Source: a bacterium
Lineage (GTDB): Bacteria; JADJOY01
Assembly: GCA_046331705.1 (NCBI GenBank)
Contig: JAXLQJ010000005.1
Coordinates: forward strand, 62,001-126,000
DNA: 64,000 bases
Direction: 5' to 3'
Position 1 is the stretch's first letter. Each line of letters begins with the position of its first letter. The notes under the pieces are model-generated. The model worked only from the letters and a program-made list of their open reading frames with translations. It was not told the DNA's origin and ran no database searches. The position numbers and the translations under genes are program-made. Shown piece by piece: positions 54,263 through 63,668 of the stretch.

Positions 54263-55717
54263 TCACTCGCCGACCGCGGCGCGTTCGACCGCACCCGGCC
54301 CCCGCGACGCGACGGCGAGAGCGCGCTGCGCCGCATCCACACCGGACGCGATGCAATCGGGTATGCCGACCATTCCCAGACTACCGCCCGCCAGCCAGAG
54401 GCCTTCGACCGTCGCCGCCGCAGCTCGCGTGCGCGCGACCCAGTCCAGATGTCCTACATCGAATTGCGGCATCGCATCCGGGTATCGATGGACTCGTGAG
54501 GCGCTCGGAGCAGCACGGATCCCGACCGCGGGCGCGAGCGCCGCGTGGGCACGTTCGACCAGCTCCGCGTCGTCGCCTTGGATCACCTCGGGCGGCCTCG
54601 CGGCACCCCCCAAGAACGCACGCAGCACCACGCGATCCGGCGGGGCGCGCCCGTCGAACTTGGTGGTGACGAAGCTGCAAGCCAAGAGCGTGCTGCGCTC
54701 CGCGCGCGGCACGAAGAAGCCGGCGCTGCGCGGTACGCGGTCGAGCGCGGCCGTGGGGTAGATCAGGTTCACCGTGACGCACGGCGCGTAGCGAAGGCGC
54801 TCGAGCTCGCGGCCGAGGCCGGGCGCGAGAGACGCGACGAGCCGCGCGGCCGCATGCGCCGGGCATGCGAGAATCACGGTGTTCGCGAGCAATTCGCGCC
54901 CGTCCTGGAGGCGCAGCCGAACACCACCCGACGCACTGCGCGACACCGAGTCGACATGCGCCTGGGTCTCGACGCGGTCTGCCCCGAGCCGCTCCACCAG
55001 CGCGTCGACGAGGCGCCGCATCCCCCCACGCAGATAGGCGCCCTGCCCCAGCGGCGCGGCCTGGCGCGCCACGGCGCGCGACACGCTGCCGTGCGCCCGC
55101 TCCATCTCGAGGAATCGCGGCAGCGCGGCGCGCACGCTCAAGCGATCGGCGTCCGCGATCAGCAACCCGGCGACGATCGGCTCGACGATACGCTCGTGCA
55201 GCTCACGCCCGAACCGGCGCGTGACGAACGAGGTCAAGCTCTCGTCCTCTCCGTCGCCGCCGCGCGGTGGAACGAAACGCTCGGCGAGCATCCGTGCTAT
55301 TCCGGATATCGAAAAGAGCGGAGAGCGCAGCACTGGCGCCCACCTCGTGGGCGTCATGAGCGCGAATCCCTCCGGCAGCGGCGTGAGCCGACCGCGGTGC
55401 AGGATCTCGAGCGGGACACGAGGCGCCGCGAATGGCTGGAGCTCGCCACCGAGCCCGAGCCGCTCGCAGAGCTTCACTCCATGGGGCTTCGCCGCAAGCA
55501 GCGTGTCCGGGCCGGCCTCGAGCAGGCACTCGTGGAGCGTCTCCGTCTCGATCTGACCGCCCGGCCGATGGCTGGCCTCGAGCACCACGAAGCGCGGCGG
55601 CCGCGGCGCATCGGCGAGCTCGAGCGCCGCGGCGAGACCACTGATCCCGCCGCCGACGATGGCCACGTCCACGACGCGTGGACGATCCGCCCGTGGACGC
55701 CGACCCGCCTCTTCCAC
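54263..55717 (-). CDS. hemY: Proto-/coproporphyrinogen oxidase, HemY type
   Basis: GGGISGLAAA, EAGPD, MPQFDVGH, GIPDCIASG. Confidence 0.9.
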   Translation of the reverse strand: MEEAGRRPRADRPRVVDVAIVGGGISGLAAALELADAPRPPRFVVLEASHRPGGQIETETLHECLLEAGPDTLLAAKPHGVKLCERLGLGGELQPFAAPRVPLEILHRGRLTPLPEGFALMTPTRWAPVLRSPLFSISGIARMLAERFVPPRGGDGEDESLTSFVTRRFGRELHERIVEPIVAGLLIADADRLSVRAALPRFLEMERAHGSVSRAVARQAAPLGQGAYLRGGMRRLVDALVERLGADRVETQAHVDSVSRSASGGVRLRLQDGRELLANTVILACPAHAAARLVASLAPGLGRELERLRYAPCVTVNLIYPTAALDRVPRSAGFFVPRAERSTLLACSFVTTKFDGRAPPDRVVLRAFLGGAARPPEVIQGDDAELVERAHAALAPAVGIRAAPSASRVHRYPDAMPQFDVGHLDWVARTRAAAATVEGLWLAGGSLGMVGIPDCIASGVDAAQRALAVASRGPGAVERAAVGE

Positions 55718-55751
55718 GTCGCTCGCCTCGCCCCGCGGCCCGGTCGCCGAC

Positions 55752-56399
55752 TCAGGGGGAACGCTCCTCGAGCAGCTGCAGTGACCGCTCGAGGATCTCG
55801 TTCATTCCCCATTCCGAGGAGCGCTCGTAATAACCGCGAACTCGGCCCATTCGATCCACCAGCACGAACCTGCCGGTGTGCGCGATCTCGTAGGGGTCGA
55901 CGCTCGGCGACGGCGCGTCACCCACCGGGACCCGGAAGCCGTGCTCGGCGAGATCGACGATCTCGCGGCGCGCACCCGTGAGCAGGCGCCAGCGCGGCGC
56001 CAGCGCACCGACCTTCGCCGCGTAGTCGCGCAGCACCGCCGGCGTGTCGTGCTCCGGGTCGACCGAGATGCTCAGCAGCCGAACGCCCTCGACGTGCCGC
56101 TGCTCGAGGAGCTGCCCCAGCTCGGACATCGACTGCATCAGCCCCGGGCAGATCGACGGGCATTGCGTGAAGAAGAAGTTGGCGATGTAGACCTGGCCAG
56201 CGAGCTGGCTGGAGTCGAACGCCTGGCCTTCGACATCGACGAGACGGAAGGCCGGAACCGAGCCAAGCACCGGCGGGGGTTCGGGATCTCGCCGCAGCAG
56301 CGGCCGGATGGCCGTCAGCGAAACGGCGCCGATCACGAACGCTGTGACGAAGAATCGCCAGTCGAGAAACTCGCGTTCGCGCGCCTGTGAGTCGGTCAT
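55752..56399 (-). CDS. SCO1/SenC copper chaperone
   Basis: N-terminal TM, FFTQCPSICP, SVDPEHDTP, IAHTGRFVLVD. Confidence 0.92.
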   Translation of the reverse strand: MTDSQAREREFLDWRFFVTAFVIGAVSLTAIRPLLRRDPEPPPVLGSVPAFRLVDVEGQAFDSSQLAGQVYIANFFFTQCPSICPGLMQSMSELGQLLEQRHVEGVRLLSISVDPEHDTPAVLRDYAAKVGALAPRWRLLTGARREIVDLAEHGFRVPVGDAPSPSVDPYEIAHTGRFVLVDRMGRVRGYYERSSEWGMNEILERSLQLLEERSP

Positions 56400-56713
56400 C
56401 GAGCGTCGGAGCCGCCCAAGCTCGCCCCGAATGCCTTTTCGAGGACTTCGGCATAGCGGTACTGGCGCAGGTTCTGTCGCGCGTTGAGCAGCACCAAGAC
56501 GACGATGACCGCCCGCGCGCTCACCTCGAAGTGTGGATTGCGCACCCGCAGCACGGTGTAGAGCACCGCCAAGCCGAGCCCGGCGACGACGCCGATCACG
56601 CTGAGAGCCAAGAAGAGCTTCTTGCGACGGAGCGCGCGACGCACGAATTGCGCTTGGCTCGCAGCGAGCGGCGGCTCAGCGCCCCCGGGGCGCTCGACGG
56701 TGGCCATCTCCAC
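56396..56713 (-). CDS. Small two-TM hypothetical protein
   Basis: Two hydrophobic helices; stop overlaps the SCO start; GGAGAG RBS. Confidence 0.65.
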   Translation of the reverse strand: MEMATVERPGGAEPPLAASQAQFVRRALRRKKLFLALSVIGVVAGLGLAVLYTVLRVRNPHFEVSARAVIVVLVLLNARQNLRQYRYAEVLEKAFGASLGGSDAR

Positions 56714-56818
56714 GTTCTCTCCGTGTCGCTTGCGTGCCAGGCCGGCGCGCCGCTGCGCTCGTTACGAGTTGGTGTCCGCGAGGAATCGGGAACCCGTTAC
56801 GAAATGGTGAAGTTAGGG

Positions 56819-56847
56819 TTGACCGCGACTCCGAGCGGTTCTACACT
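56819..56847 (+). promoter_or_regulatory. Sigma-70 promoter of the second act operon, TTGACC-N17-TACACT
   Basis: Near-consensus boxes with 17-nt spacer. Confidence 0.7.
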
Positions 56848-56866
56848 CGCGGCCCGTTGCTCGTTG

Positions 56867-56882
56867 AGTGACATTCGTCACA
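56867..56882. promoter_or_regulatory. CRP/FNR-family-like site AGTGA-N6-TCACA
   Basis: GTGA-N6-TCAC just downstream of the predicted transcription start. Confidence 0.55.
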
Positions 56883-56998
56883 GACGACAAGTCGAAAAAT
56901 CCAGCTTCGCTCGCGAGTCTAGTAGGGCCCAGGAGGGGCCGGCAACGCACGGTCCCGCTGCACTGGATCCTCGTTGGTCGTAGGTGGAGGTCGAGCGC

Positions 56999-57646
56999 TT
57001 GGCGCAGGTCTTCCCGGAATCGAGCAATCGGGCCGCCGTCGCGTTGGCGGTTGGCGGGCTCGTGGCCGCGACTCTCGCGATTGGCGTCGTCTGGTACTAC
57101 TTCTCGCCTCGTTACACGGACGTCGGCTTCGCGCCAAAACAGCCGGTCCCCTATAGCCATCGCCTGCACGTCGGCACCCTCGGCCTCGACTGCAAGTACT
57201 GCCACGCCTCGGTCGAGCGCTCGGCGGTCGCGAACGTGCCGCCGACGCAGGTGTGCATGAACTGTCACTCGCTGGTGAAGCGCGACAGCGCGCTGCTCGC
57301 CCCGATTCGCGCGAGCTACGCCACGGGCCAGCCCATGCAATGGGTGCGCGTGCACAACCTGCCGGACTTCGCATTCTTCCACCACGCGGTCCACGTGCGC
57401 GCCGGCGTCGGCTGCGTCGAGTGCCATGGGCGCATCGACGAGATGGACGTCGTCACCCAAGCGGAGCCACTCAGCATGAGCTGGTGCCTCGACTGCCACC
57501 GCGATCCGGCCCCGCACCTGCGCCCCACCGAGCAGGTCACCAACATGCGCTGGCAAGCGCCCGCGGATCAGCGGCGCGCCGGCGAGCGGATCATCGCCGA
57601 GAAGCACCTCGCGCCACCGCTCGACTGCTCGGGGTGCCATCGATGA
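56999..57646 (+). CDS. actA: Second ActA-like pentaheme cytochrome c
   Basis: TTG start 8 nt after GGAGG (AQVF aligns with AQIF of the first ActA); CKYCH, CMNCH, CVECH, CLDCH, CSGCH. Confidence 0.93.
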   Translation: MAQVFPESSNRAAVALAVGGLVAATLAIGVVWYYFSPRYTDVGFAPKQPVPYSHRLHVGTLGLDCKYCHASVERSAVANVPPTQVCMNCHSLVKRDSALLAPIRASYATGQPMQWVRVHNLPDFAFFHHAVHVRAGVGCVECHGRIDEMDVVTQAEPLSMSWCLDCHRDPAPHLRPTEQVTNMRWQAPADQRRAGERIIAEKHLAPPLDCSGCHR

Positions 57647-60600
57647 CCTCGCCACAGCCCCCGCGGGACGACGTCAGGTACTGGCGCACCGTCGCGCAGA
57701 TCGAGGTCGGGCGCGACGCGAGCGACGCAACGACCCCTGAGTTTCCCGATGGTGCCGATCAGCCGCCCGATGCCGTGTCCCGGCGCCAGATGCTCGGGCT
57801 CTCCGGGGTGACCCTCTCCATCGCCGGGCTCGCCGCGTGTCGCCGCCCCCTCGAGAAGATCGTCCCCTACGTCAAGCCGCCCGAGGAGATCATTCCGGGC
57901 GTGGCGCGCTACTACGCCACCACGATGCCGTTCGGGCGCAGCGCGTACGGCGTCGTGGTCGAGAGCCACGAGGGGCGGCCCACCAAGCTCGAAGGGAACG
58001 AGCTGCATCCCGCGACGAGCGGCGCCTCGAGCGCCTGGATGCAGGCGGCGATCTACGATCTCTACGATCCCGACCGCGCCGGCCCGGTGCGCAAACGAGA
58101 CGCGCCGGCCGACTGGGCGGAGTTCGATGCCTTCTGGAAAGAGCACGCCGCGTCACTCGTCACGGCGCGCGGGGCCGGCCTCGCCGTCCTGAGCGAGCCG
58201 TTCACGTCGCCGACGCTGGCGCGCCTGCGAAGCAAGTTCCTCGAGACCTTCCCCGAGGCGCGCTGGGCCACCTACGAGCCGCTCGGCAACGAGAACGAGC
58301 GCGCAGGCGTCGCAGCACTCACCGGTCGAGCGCTCGAGGCGCTCGCCGACTACCAGCAGGCGAAAGTCGTGCTGGCAATCGACGCCGATCCGTTCGGCAC
58401 CGACCTGGAAGCGGTTCGTCATGCGCGCGGGTTCGCCGCCGGACGCGAGGTTGCTGCGCCCGCGGAGCACGGCGGCGAAGCCCCGCCAACGCTCAATCGC
58501 CTCTACGTCGTCGAAGGCGCTTTCACCGCGACTGGCGGCATGGCGGACCATCGCTTGCGTTTGCGACGCGGTCGGATGCCCGCCGTGATCGCGGCCCTCG
58601 CCGGCGAGCTCGGCCTCGCCGCTCCCGCGCCGCCCAGCGCGGACATCGACGCGCGCTGGGTTCGCGCGGCGGCGCAAGACCTCGCGGCGCACCGCGGTGC
58701 GAGCCTGGTGGTCGCCGGCGCCCATCTGCCGCCGGCGGTTCACGCCTGGGTGCTCGCGATCAACGCGCATCTCGGCAATCTCGGAGCCACGCTCAGCTAC
58801 CGCGAGCCGCGCGATGGCACCCGCTCCAGCGTCACCGAGCTGACCGAGCTGACCGCCGCCATGCGGGCGGGTGAGGTCTCGACACTCGTCGTGCTCGGCG
58901 GGAACCCCGTCTACGACGCTCCGAGCGATGTCGGGTTCGCCGCCGCGTTGGAAAAGGTGCCGACACGCATCCGCGTCGGCACGAAGGTCGACGAAACGTC
59001 GAAGCTCGCCCACTGGCATCTGCCCCTCGCTCACTTCCTGGAAAGCTGGGGCGATGCGCGCGACGCGGACGGCACGCTCAGCGTGGTGCAGCCGCTGATC
59101 CTGCCCCTGCACGGCGGCCGTTCGACCGCAGAGATCCTCGCGGCCCTGGCGGCGAATCCGGCGCAGAAGGAACCAACGACCGGCTATGAGCTGGTTCGCG
59201 AGACATGGCAGCGAATCCTCGGCGACGCGGATCTCGAGTCGCGCTGGGAGCGCGTGCTCCACGACGGCGTCCTCGCCGGAAGCGCCACCGCCAACGAGCT
59301 CACCGCGCTCTCCACGCCCACGCCCACCGAGGCGACGCTCGTGGATTCGACGCCCGCCCCGAGCGCGGCTGCGCTCGAGCTCTCCTTCGCGCCGTCGTTC
59401 AACGTCTACGACGGCCGATTCGCCAACATCGCCTGGCTACAAGAGCTGCCGGATCTCAGCACCAAGCTGACGTGGTCCAACGCCGCGCTGCTGAGCTACG
59501 CGACGGCGCGCGAGCTCGGCGTCGTGGACGAGGACCTGGTCACGCTCGTCGTGGGCGACGAGAAGATCGAGATCCCGGTCATCATCAATCCGGGACAGGC
59601 CGACCACACCGTGACGGTGGCGCTCGGCTACGGCCGCGAGACCGCGGGGCGCGTCGGCTCCAAGGTCGGCGCGAACGCCTACCACCTGCGCACGACGCGA
59701 ACGCTCGCCGGCACCTCCGGCGCGCGAATCGAGCGTCTCGGTCGCCAGGCGGAGCTCGCCCTGACCCAAGACCATTGGATCATCGACGATCTCGGCGCCA
59801 AGGAACGCGATCGACGGGTGCCCACGCTGATCCGCGAGGGCAGCCTCGCCGAGTTCCTGCACGAGCCCGAGTTCGCCAAGGAGATGGTGGAGCACCCGCC
59901 GCTCGAATCGCTGTGGCAAGAGCGCGCGTACGCCGAGAGCCCCCAATGGGGCATGACCATCGACCTCAACGCCTGCACCGGCTGCAACGCGTGCGTGACC
60001 GCCTGCCAGGCCGAGAACAACATCCCCGCGGTCGGGCCGGATCAGGTACGTCGCGGCCGCGAGATGCACTGGATCCGCGTCGACCGCTACTTCAAGGGTG
60101 ACCCGAACGATCCGGAAGCGATGGTCGTGCAGCCCATTCCCTGCATGCAATGCGAGAACGCGCCGTGCGAGCAGGTGTGCCCGGTCGCCGCCACCGTCCA
60201 CGACGACCACGGCCTCAACGCCATGGTCTACAACCGCTGCATCGGGACCCGTTACTGCTCCAACAACTGCCCCTACAAGGTGCGGCGCTTCAACTACTAC
60301 AACTTCACGAAAGACACGCCGGAAACGCTCAAGATGGCGATGAACCCGAACGTCACGGTTCGGGCCCGCGGCGTGATGGAAAAGTGCACCTATTGCTTGC
60401 AGCGGCTCAACGCCGCGCGGCAGCGCGCCAAGCTCGACGACCGCCCCCTCGCGGACGGCGACGTGCGCACCGCCTGCCAGCAAGCGTGCCCCGCGCGGGC
60501 GATCGAGTTCGGCGACATCCGCGATCCCGAAAGCCGCGTCTCTCGCGCCAAGGCGAGCCCGCGCAACTACGAGCTGCTCGCCGAGCTCAACACCAAGCCG

Positions 60601-60657
60601 CGGACCTCGTACCTGGCGCGGATCCGCAACCCGAACCCGGACCTGGCGAAAGCGTGA
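57643..60657 (+). CDS. actB: Second ActB-like subunit
   Basis: SRRQML..LAAC, EGRPTKLEGN, CTGCNAC, CMQCENAPC, CIGTRYCSNNCP, KCTYC. Confidence 0.94.
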   Translation: MTSPQPPRDDVRYWRTVAQIEVGRDASDATTPEFPDGADQPPDAVSRRQMLGLSGVTLSIAGLAACRRPLEKIVPYVKPPEEIIPGVARYYATTMPFGRSAYGVVVESHEGRPTKLEGNELHPATSGASSAWMQAAIYDLYDPDRAGPVRKRDAPADWAEFDAFWKEHAASLVTARGAGLAVLSEPFTSPTLARLRSKFLETFPEARWATYEPLGNENERAGVAALTGRALEALADYQQAKVVLAIDADPFGTDLEAVRHARGFAAGREVAAPAEHGGEAPPTLNRLYVVEGAFTATGGMADHRLRLRRGRMPAVIAALAGELGLAAPAPPSADIDARWVRAAAQDLAAHRGASLVVAGAHLPPAVHAWVLAINAHLGNLGATLSYREPRDGTRSSVTELTELTAAMRAGEVSTLVVLGGNPVYDAPSDVGFAAALEKVPTRIRVGTKVDETSKLAHWHLPLAHFLESWGDARDADGTLSVVQPLILPLHGGRSTAEILAALAANPAQKEPTTGYELVRETWQRILGDADLESRWERVLHDGVLAGSATANELTALSTPTPTEATLVDSTPAPSAAALELSFAPSFNVYDGRFANIAWLQELPDLSTKLTWSNAALLSYATARELGVVDEDLVTLVVGDEKIEIPVIINPGQADHTVTVALGYGRETAGRVGSKVGANAYHLRTTRTLAGTSGARIERLGRQAELALTQDHWIIDDLGAKERDRRVPTLIREGSLAEFLHEPEFAKEMVEHPPLESLWQERAYAESPQWGMTIDLNACTGCNACVTACQAENNIPAVGPDQVRRGREMHWIRVDRYFKGDPNDPEAMVVQPIPCMQCENAPCEQVCPVAATVHDDHGLNAMVYNRCIGTRYCSNNCPYKVRRFNYYNFTKDTPETLKMAMNPNVTVRARGVMEKCTYCLQRLNAARQRAKLDDRPLADGDVRTACQQACPARAIEFGDIRDPESRVSRAKASPRNYELLAELNTKPRTSYLARIRNPNPDLAKA

Positions 60658-61262
60658 AGCGCATGAGCCCCTCGCGATTGGCCGAGCGACGCGTCCGCGC
60701 GTGGATCGCGACCTGCATCGGCGCGGCGTCCTTCGGGCTCTTCGGCGGCGGCTGCGCCCGCGGCTGCACCTCGAGCCGCGAGCCAATCCACCTCAACCCC
60801 AGCATGGACTACCAGCCGCGCTACGATCCGCAGTCGGAAAGCGCCTTCTTCTACGACGGCTCCTCGATGCGCGCACCGGTGCCTGGAACCATCGCGCGGG
60901 GCGAGCTTCATCTCGATCGCGCGCTGCAAACCGGAAAAGACGCCGCCGACGCTTTCGTGAAGACCAATCCCGCCGGAACCGACGAAGCGCTGGTGGCCCG
61001 CGGCCGCGATCGATTCGCCATCTACTGCGCGCCCTGCCACGACAGCCGCGGTCGCGGCAAAGGCATCCTCTACGAGCGCGCCAACGTGCCGACGCCGAGC
61101 ATGCACTCCGAGAAGATCGTGAACATGCCGGACGGCCAGCTCTTCGACGTGATCACCAACGGCTCGGGGCTCATGCCGTCCTATCGATGGCCGATTCCCA
61201 CCCACGACCGGTGGGCGATCGTCGCGTTCGTGCGCGAGCTCGAGCGCCAGGAGAGCCCGTGA
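60654..61262 (+). CDS. actE: Second ActE-like monoheme cytochrome c lipoprotein
   Basis: GGGC lipobox, MDYQP, CAPCH, MPSY, DRWAIVAF; alternative start 60663. Confidence 0.88.
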   Translation: MKRMSPSRLAERRVRAWIATCIGAASFGLFGGGCARGCTSSREPIHLNPSMDYQPRYDPQSESAFFYDGSSMRAPVPGTIARGELHLDRALQTGKDAADAFVKTNPAGTDEALVARGRDRFAIYCAPCHDSRGRGKGILYERANVPTPSMHSEKIVNMPDGQLFDVITNGSGLMPSYRWPIPTHDRWAIVAFVRELERQESP

Positions 61263-63139
61263 AACTGCGCGTGCTGGTGCCGATGGCCGTGGTGGCAGTG
61301 GTGCTCGGCGCCGCCTCGCTCGTCGGGGTCTGGTCTCAGCTCGAGCACCGCGCGTACCACGCACCCATCCGGGGCGAGTCGGAGGCGAGCACGCCGCGCG
61401 CTCAGGCCCTCGAGGACATCGCGAAGAAGAGCGCGGCCGAGGCCAAGGCGACGCCTTACAAGGAAGTCGAGTATCGGAAGTTTCCGGTCGTCGGCAGCCG
61501 CGTGGCGGTGTGGGTAGCCGCTCAGCTCCACCTGCTCTTCGCCGCCTTCGTGCTCGCCGTGCCGATGTTCGCGATCATCATCGAGATCATCGGCTACGCG
61601 ACCAAGGACTCGCGCTACGACCGCCTCGCCTACGAGTTCACGAAGCTGCTCTCGGTGTCGTTCTCGATCACCGCGACCTTCGGCGCGATGCTGACCTTCC
61701 TGCTCATCGCGCTCTATCCCAAGTTCACGACCTACCTGATGAGCGTCTTCAGCCCGACCTTCGCGCCGTACGTCGGGCTCTTCTTCGCGGAGGCGTTCTT
61801 TCTCTACAGCTACTACTACGGCTGGGGAAAGTTTCACCCGCTCGTCCACATCGGTCTGGGGCTGGGGCTCAACCTCGTCGGCACGGCGATCATGTTCATC
61901 GCGAACTCCTGGGTCTCGTTCATGATGTCGCCCGCCGGTGTGTCGGAGAACGGCGCGGTCCTGAACGTGATGGAAGCCGCCATGAACTTCACGTGGATGC
62001 CCATCAACATCCACCGGATCATCGCCAACGTGGCGTTCGGCGGATCCGTGGCTGCTGCTTACGCGGCGTGGAAGTACCTGGGCGCCACCACGGACGAAGA
62101 GCGAGCCCACTACGACTGGATGGGCTACATCGGCAACTTCGTCGCGATCCTGGCGTTCCTGCCGCTGCCCTTCGCGGGCTACTACCTGGCGCGCGAGATC
62201 TACGGCTACAACCAGGCACTCGGCATCATGATGATGGGCGGAGCGTTCTCTTGGCTCTTCATCATTCAAGCGGTGCTGATCGGCAATCTCTTCCTGGCCG
62301 CCAACGCCTACCTGTGGCTCGGCATGGGCCGGATCGAGGGCGCCCAGCCGTTCCAGAAGTTCATCAAGTACCTGCTCCTCACGATCGCCTTGTGCTTCGC
62401 GGTGTGGGCCACGCCGCGCTCCATCATCTCCACGGTCTCCGAGATTCGCGCGATGGGCGGTTCGACTCACCCCGCGCTCGGCTTCCTGGGTGTGATGTCG
62501 GCCAAGAACACGGCGGTCAACATCCTGATCCTCACCACGTTCATGAGCTTCCTGCTCTACCGCCGCTCGGGAAAGCAATCCGTTCGCGAGTGGGCCACGA
62601 AGGCGAACCTGGTTCAGTTCGCGCTCTTCTTCGGCGCCGCGGCCTGGGTGATCTTCTTCGGCATCCGCGGCTACTTCGTCGAAGCCAAGGTGCGCATCGG
62701 CTACTCGGTCTACCAGGTGGTGGCGGTGCTGTTCGCGATGGTGGCGATCACCGCCATCGACGTCCCGCTCTATCGCGGCGCGCGCTCCACCGGTGAGACC
62801 CGCTGGGGGCGAATGCCGCCGCTCTCGCAATACATCCTGATCTTCATCGCGGTCACCTTCACGTGGCTCATGGGCCTCATGGGTTACGTGCGCTCCGGGC
62901 TGCGGATGCACTGGCACGTGTACGGCGTCGTCCGTGACAACTCGGTCGACGCCTTCACGCCCACGCTGGGCTTCGCGACCAAGGTGGTTTCGGTGACAGT
63001 CCTGATCTTCTTCGCGCTGATCGGCATGGTCTTCTGGCTCGCGGGCCTCTCCCACGCCCCCGATTGGACCGCCAAGGGCGCGGAGCCGGCCAGCCCGGGC
63101 GCGGGCGGGCACCACGCCGGCGAAGGAGCGGCGGCATGA
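61259..63139 (+). CDS. Atypical cytochrome bd-like oxidase subunit I (Nitrospira/anammox-type bd-like family)
   Basis: About 13-14 TMs; AQLHLLFAAFVL, FFAE, NSWVSFMMSP, NIHR, ERAHYDWMG, MGYVRSGLRMHWH. Confidence 0.8.
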   Translation: MKLRVLVPMAVVAVVLGAASLVGVWSQLEHRAYHAPIRGESEASTPRAQALEDIAKKSAAEAKATPYKEVEYRKFPVVGSRVAVWVAAQLHLLFAAFVLAVPMFAIIIEIIGYATKDSRYDRLAYEFTKLLSVSFSITATFGAMLTFLLIALYPKFTTYLMSVFSPTFAPYVGLFFAEAFFLYSYYYGWGKFHPLVHIGLGLGLNLVGTAIMFIANSWVSFMMSPAGVSENGAVLNVMEAAMNFTWMPINIHRIIANVAFGGSVAAAYAAWKYLGATTDEERAHYDWMGYIGNFVAILAFLPLPFAGYYLAREIYGYNQALGIMMMGGAFSWLFIIQAVLIGNLFLAANAYLWLGMGRIEGAQPFQKFIKYLLLTIALCFAVWATPRSIISTVSEIRAMGGSTHPALGFLGVMSAKNTAVNILILTTFMSFLLYRRSGKQSVREWATKANLVQFALFFGAAAWVIFFGIRGYFVEAKVRIGYSVYQVVAVLFAMVAITAIDVPLYRGARSTGETRWGRMPPLSQYILIFIAVTFTWLMGLMGYVRSGLRMHWHVYGVVRDNSVDAFTPTLGFATKVVSVTVLIFFALIGMVFWLAGLSHAPDWTAKGAEPASPGAGGHHAGEGAAA

Positions 63140-63627
63140 GGATTCCGCCCGCGCTCAACGTGGTGGTGCTCGTGATCGCGACCACTGCGTTCTACACCTA
63201 CGTCGGCCAGCTGGTGCCCCAGAAGGAGATCCAGCCGCCCGCGGAGGTGAAGATCTCGAAGGACATGACCACCGCGGACTTGATCAAGGTCGGTGACGAG
63301 ATCGCGCACGGCAAAGGCATGTGCAGCACCTGCCACACGATCGGCAAGACCGGTGCGCTTCGTTACCCCGACCTGCAAGGCGTGGGAGAGCGCGCCAAGA
63401 CTCGCAAGCCCGGCTACAGCGACGTCGACTACTTCGCCGAGTCGCTCTACGAGCCCGACGCGTTCGTCGTACCGGGGTTCAACAAGGGCATGCCCACCAT
63501 CAACAAGGCTCCCATCGGCCTGACCGACGAGGAGATCCTCGCCGTGATGGCTTGGCTCCAGAGCCAGGGCGGCACGCCGAACGTCACCCTCAAGACCACG
63601 CACAAGTACCGGCCAAAGGCCGACTGA
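63136..63627 (+). CDS. Membrane-anchored monoheme cytochrome c
   Basis: N-terminal TM, CSTCH, ESLYEP, GMP; ATG overlaps prior stop. Confidence 0.88.
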   Translation: MRIPPALNVVVLVIATTAFYTYVGQLVPQKEIQPPAEVKISKDMTTADLIKVGDEIAHGKGMCSTCHTIGKTGALRYPDLQGVGERAKTRKPGYSDVDYFAESLYEPDAFVVPGFNKGMPTINKAPIGLTDEEILAVMAWLQSQGGTPNVTLKTTHKYRPKAD

Positions 63628-63668
63628 GACACCTGCGAAACGCGCTCGCGGGCCCGAGAGAGATCACC

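Noticed and set aside
56724-56739. TGGCACG on the minus strand upstream of the small TM gene as a sigma-54 promoter
   Set aside because: No GC at the -12 position (reads AC)
57643-60657. ActB2 as a catalytic molybdoenzyme (nitrite oxidoreductase or nitrate reductase)
   Set aside because: Colinear with ActB1 and fused to the Fe-S domain as in ACIII; no nxr/nar genes in the window, so nitrite oxidation cannot be claimed
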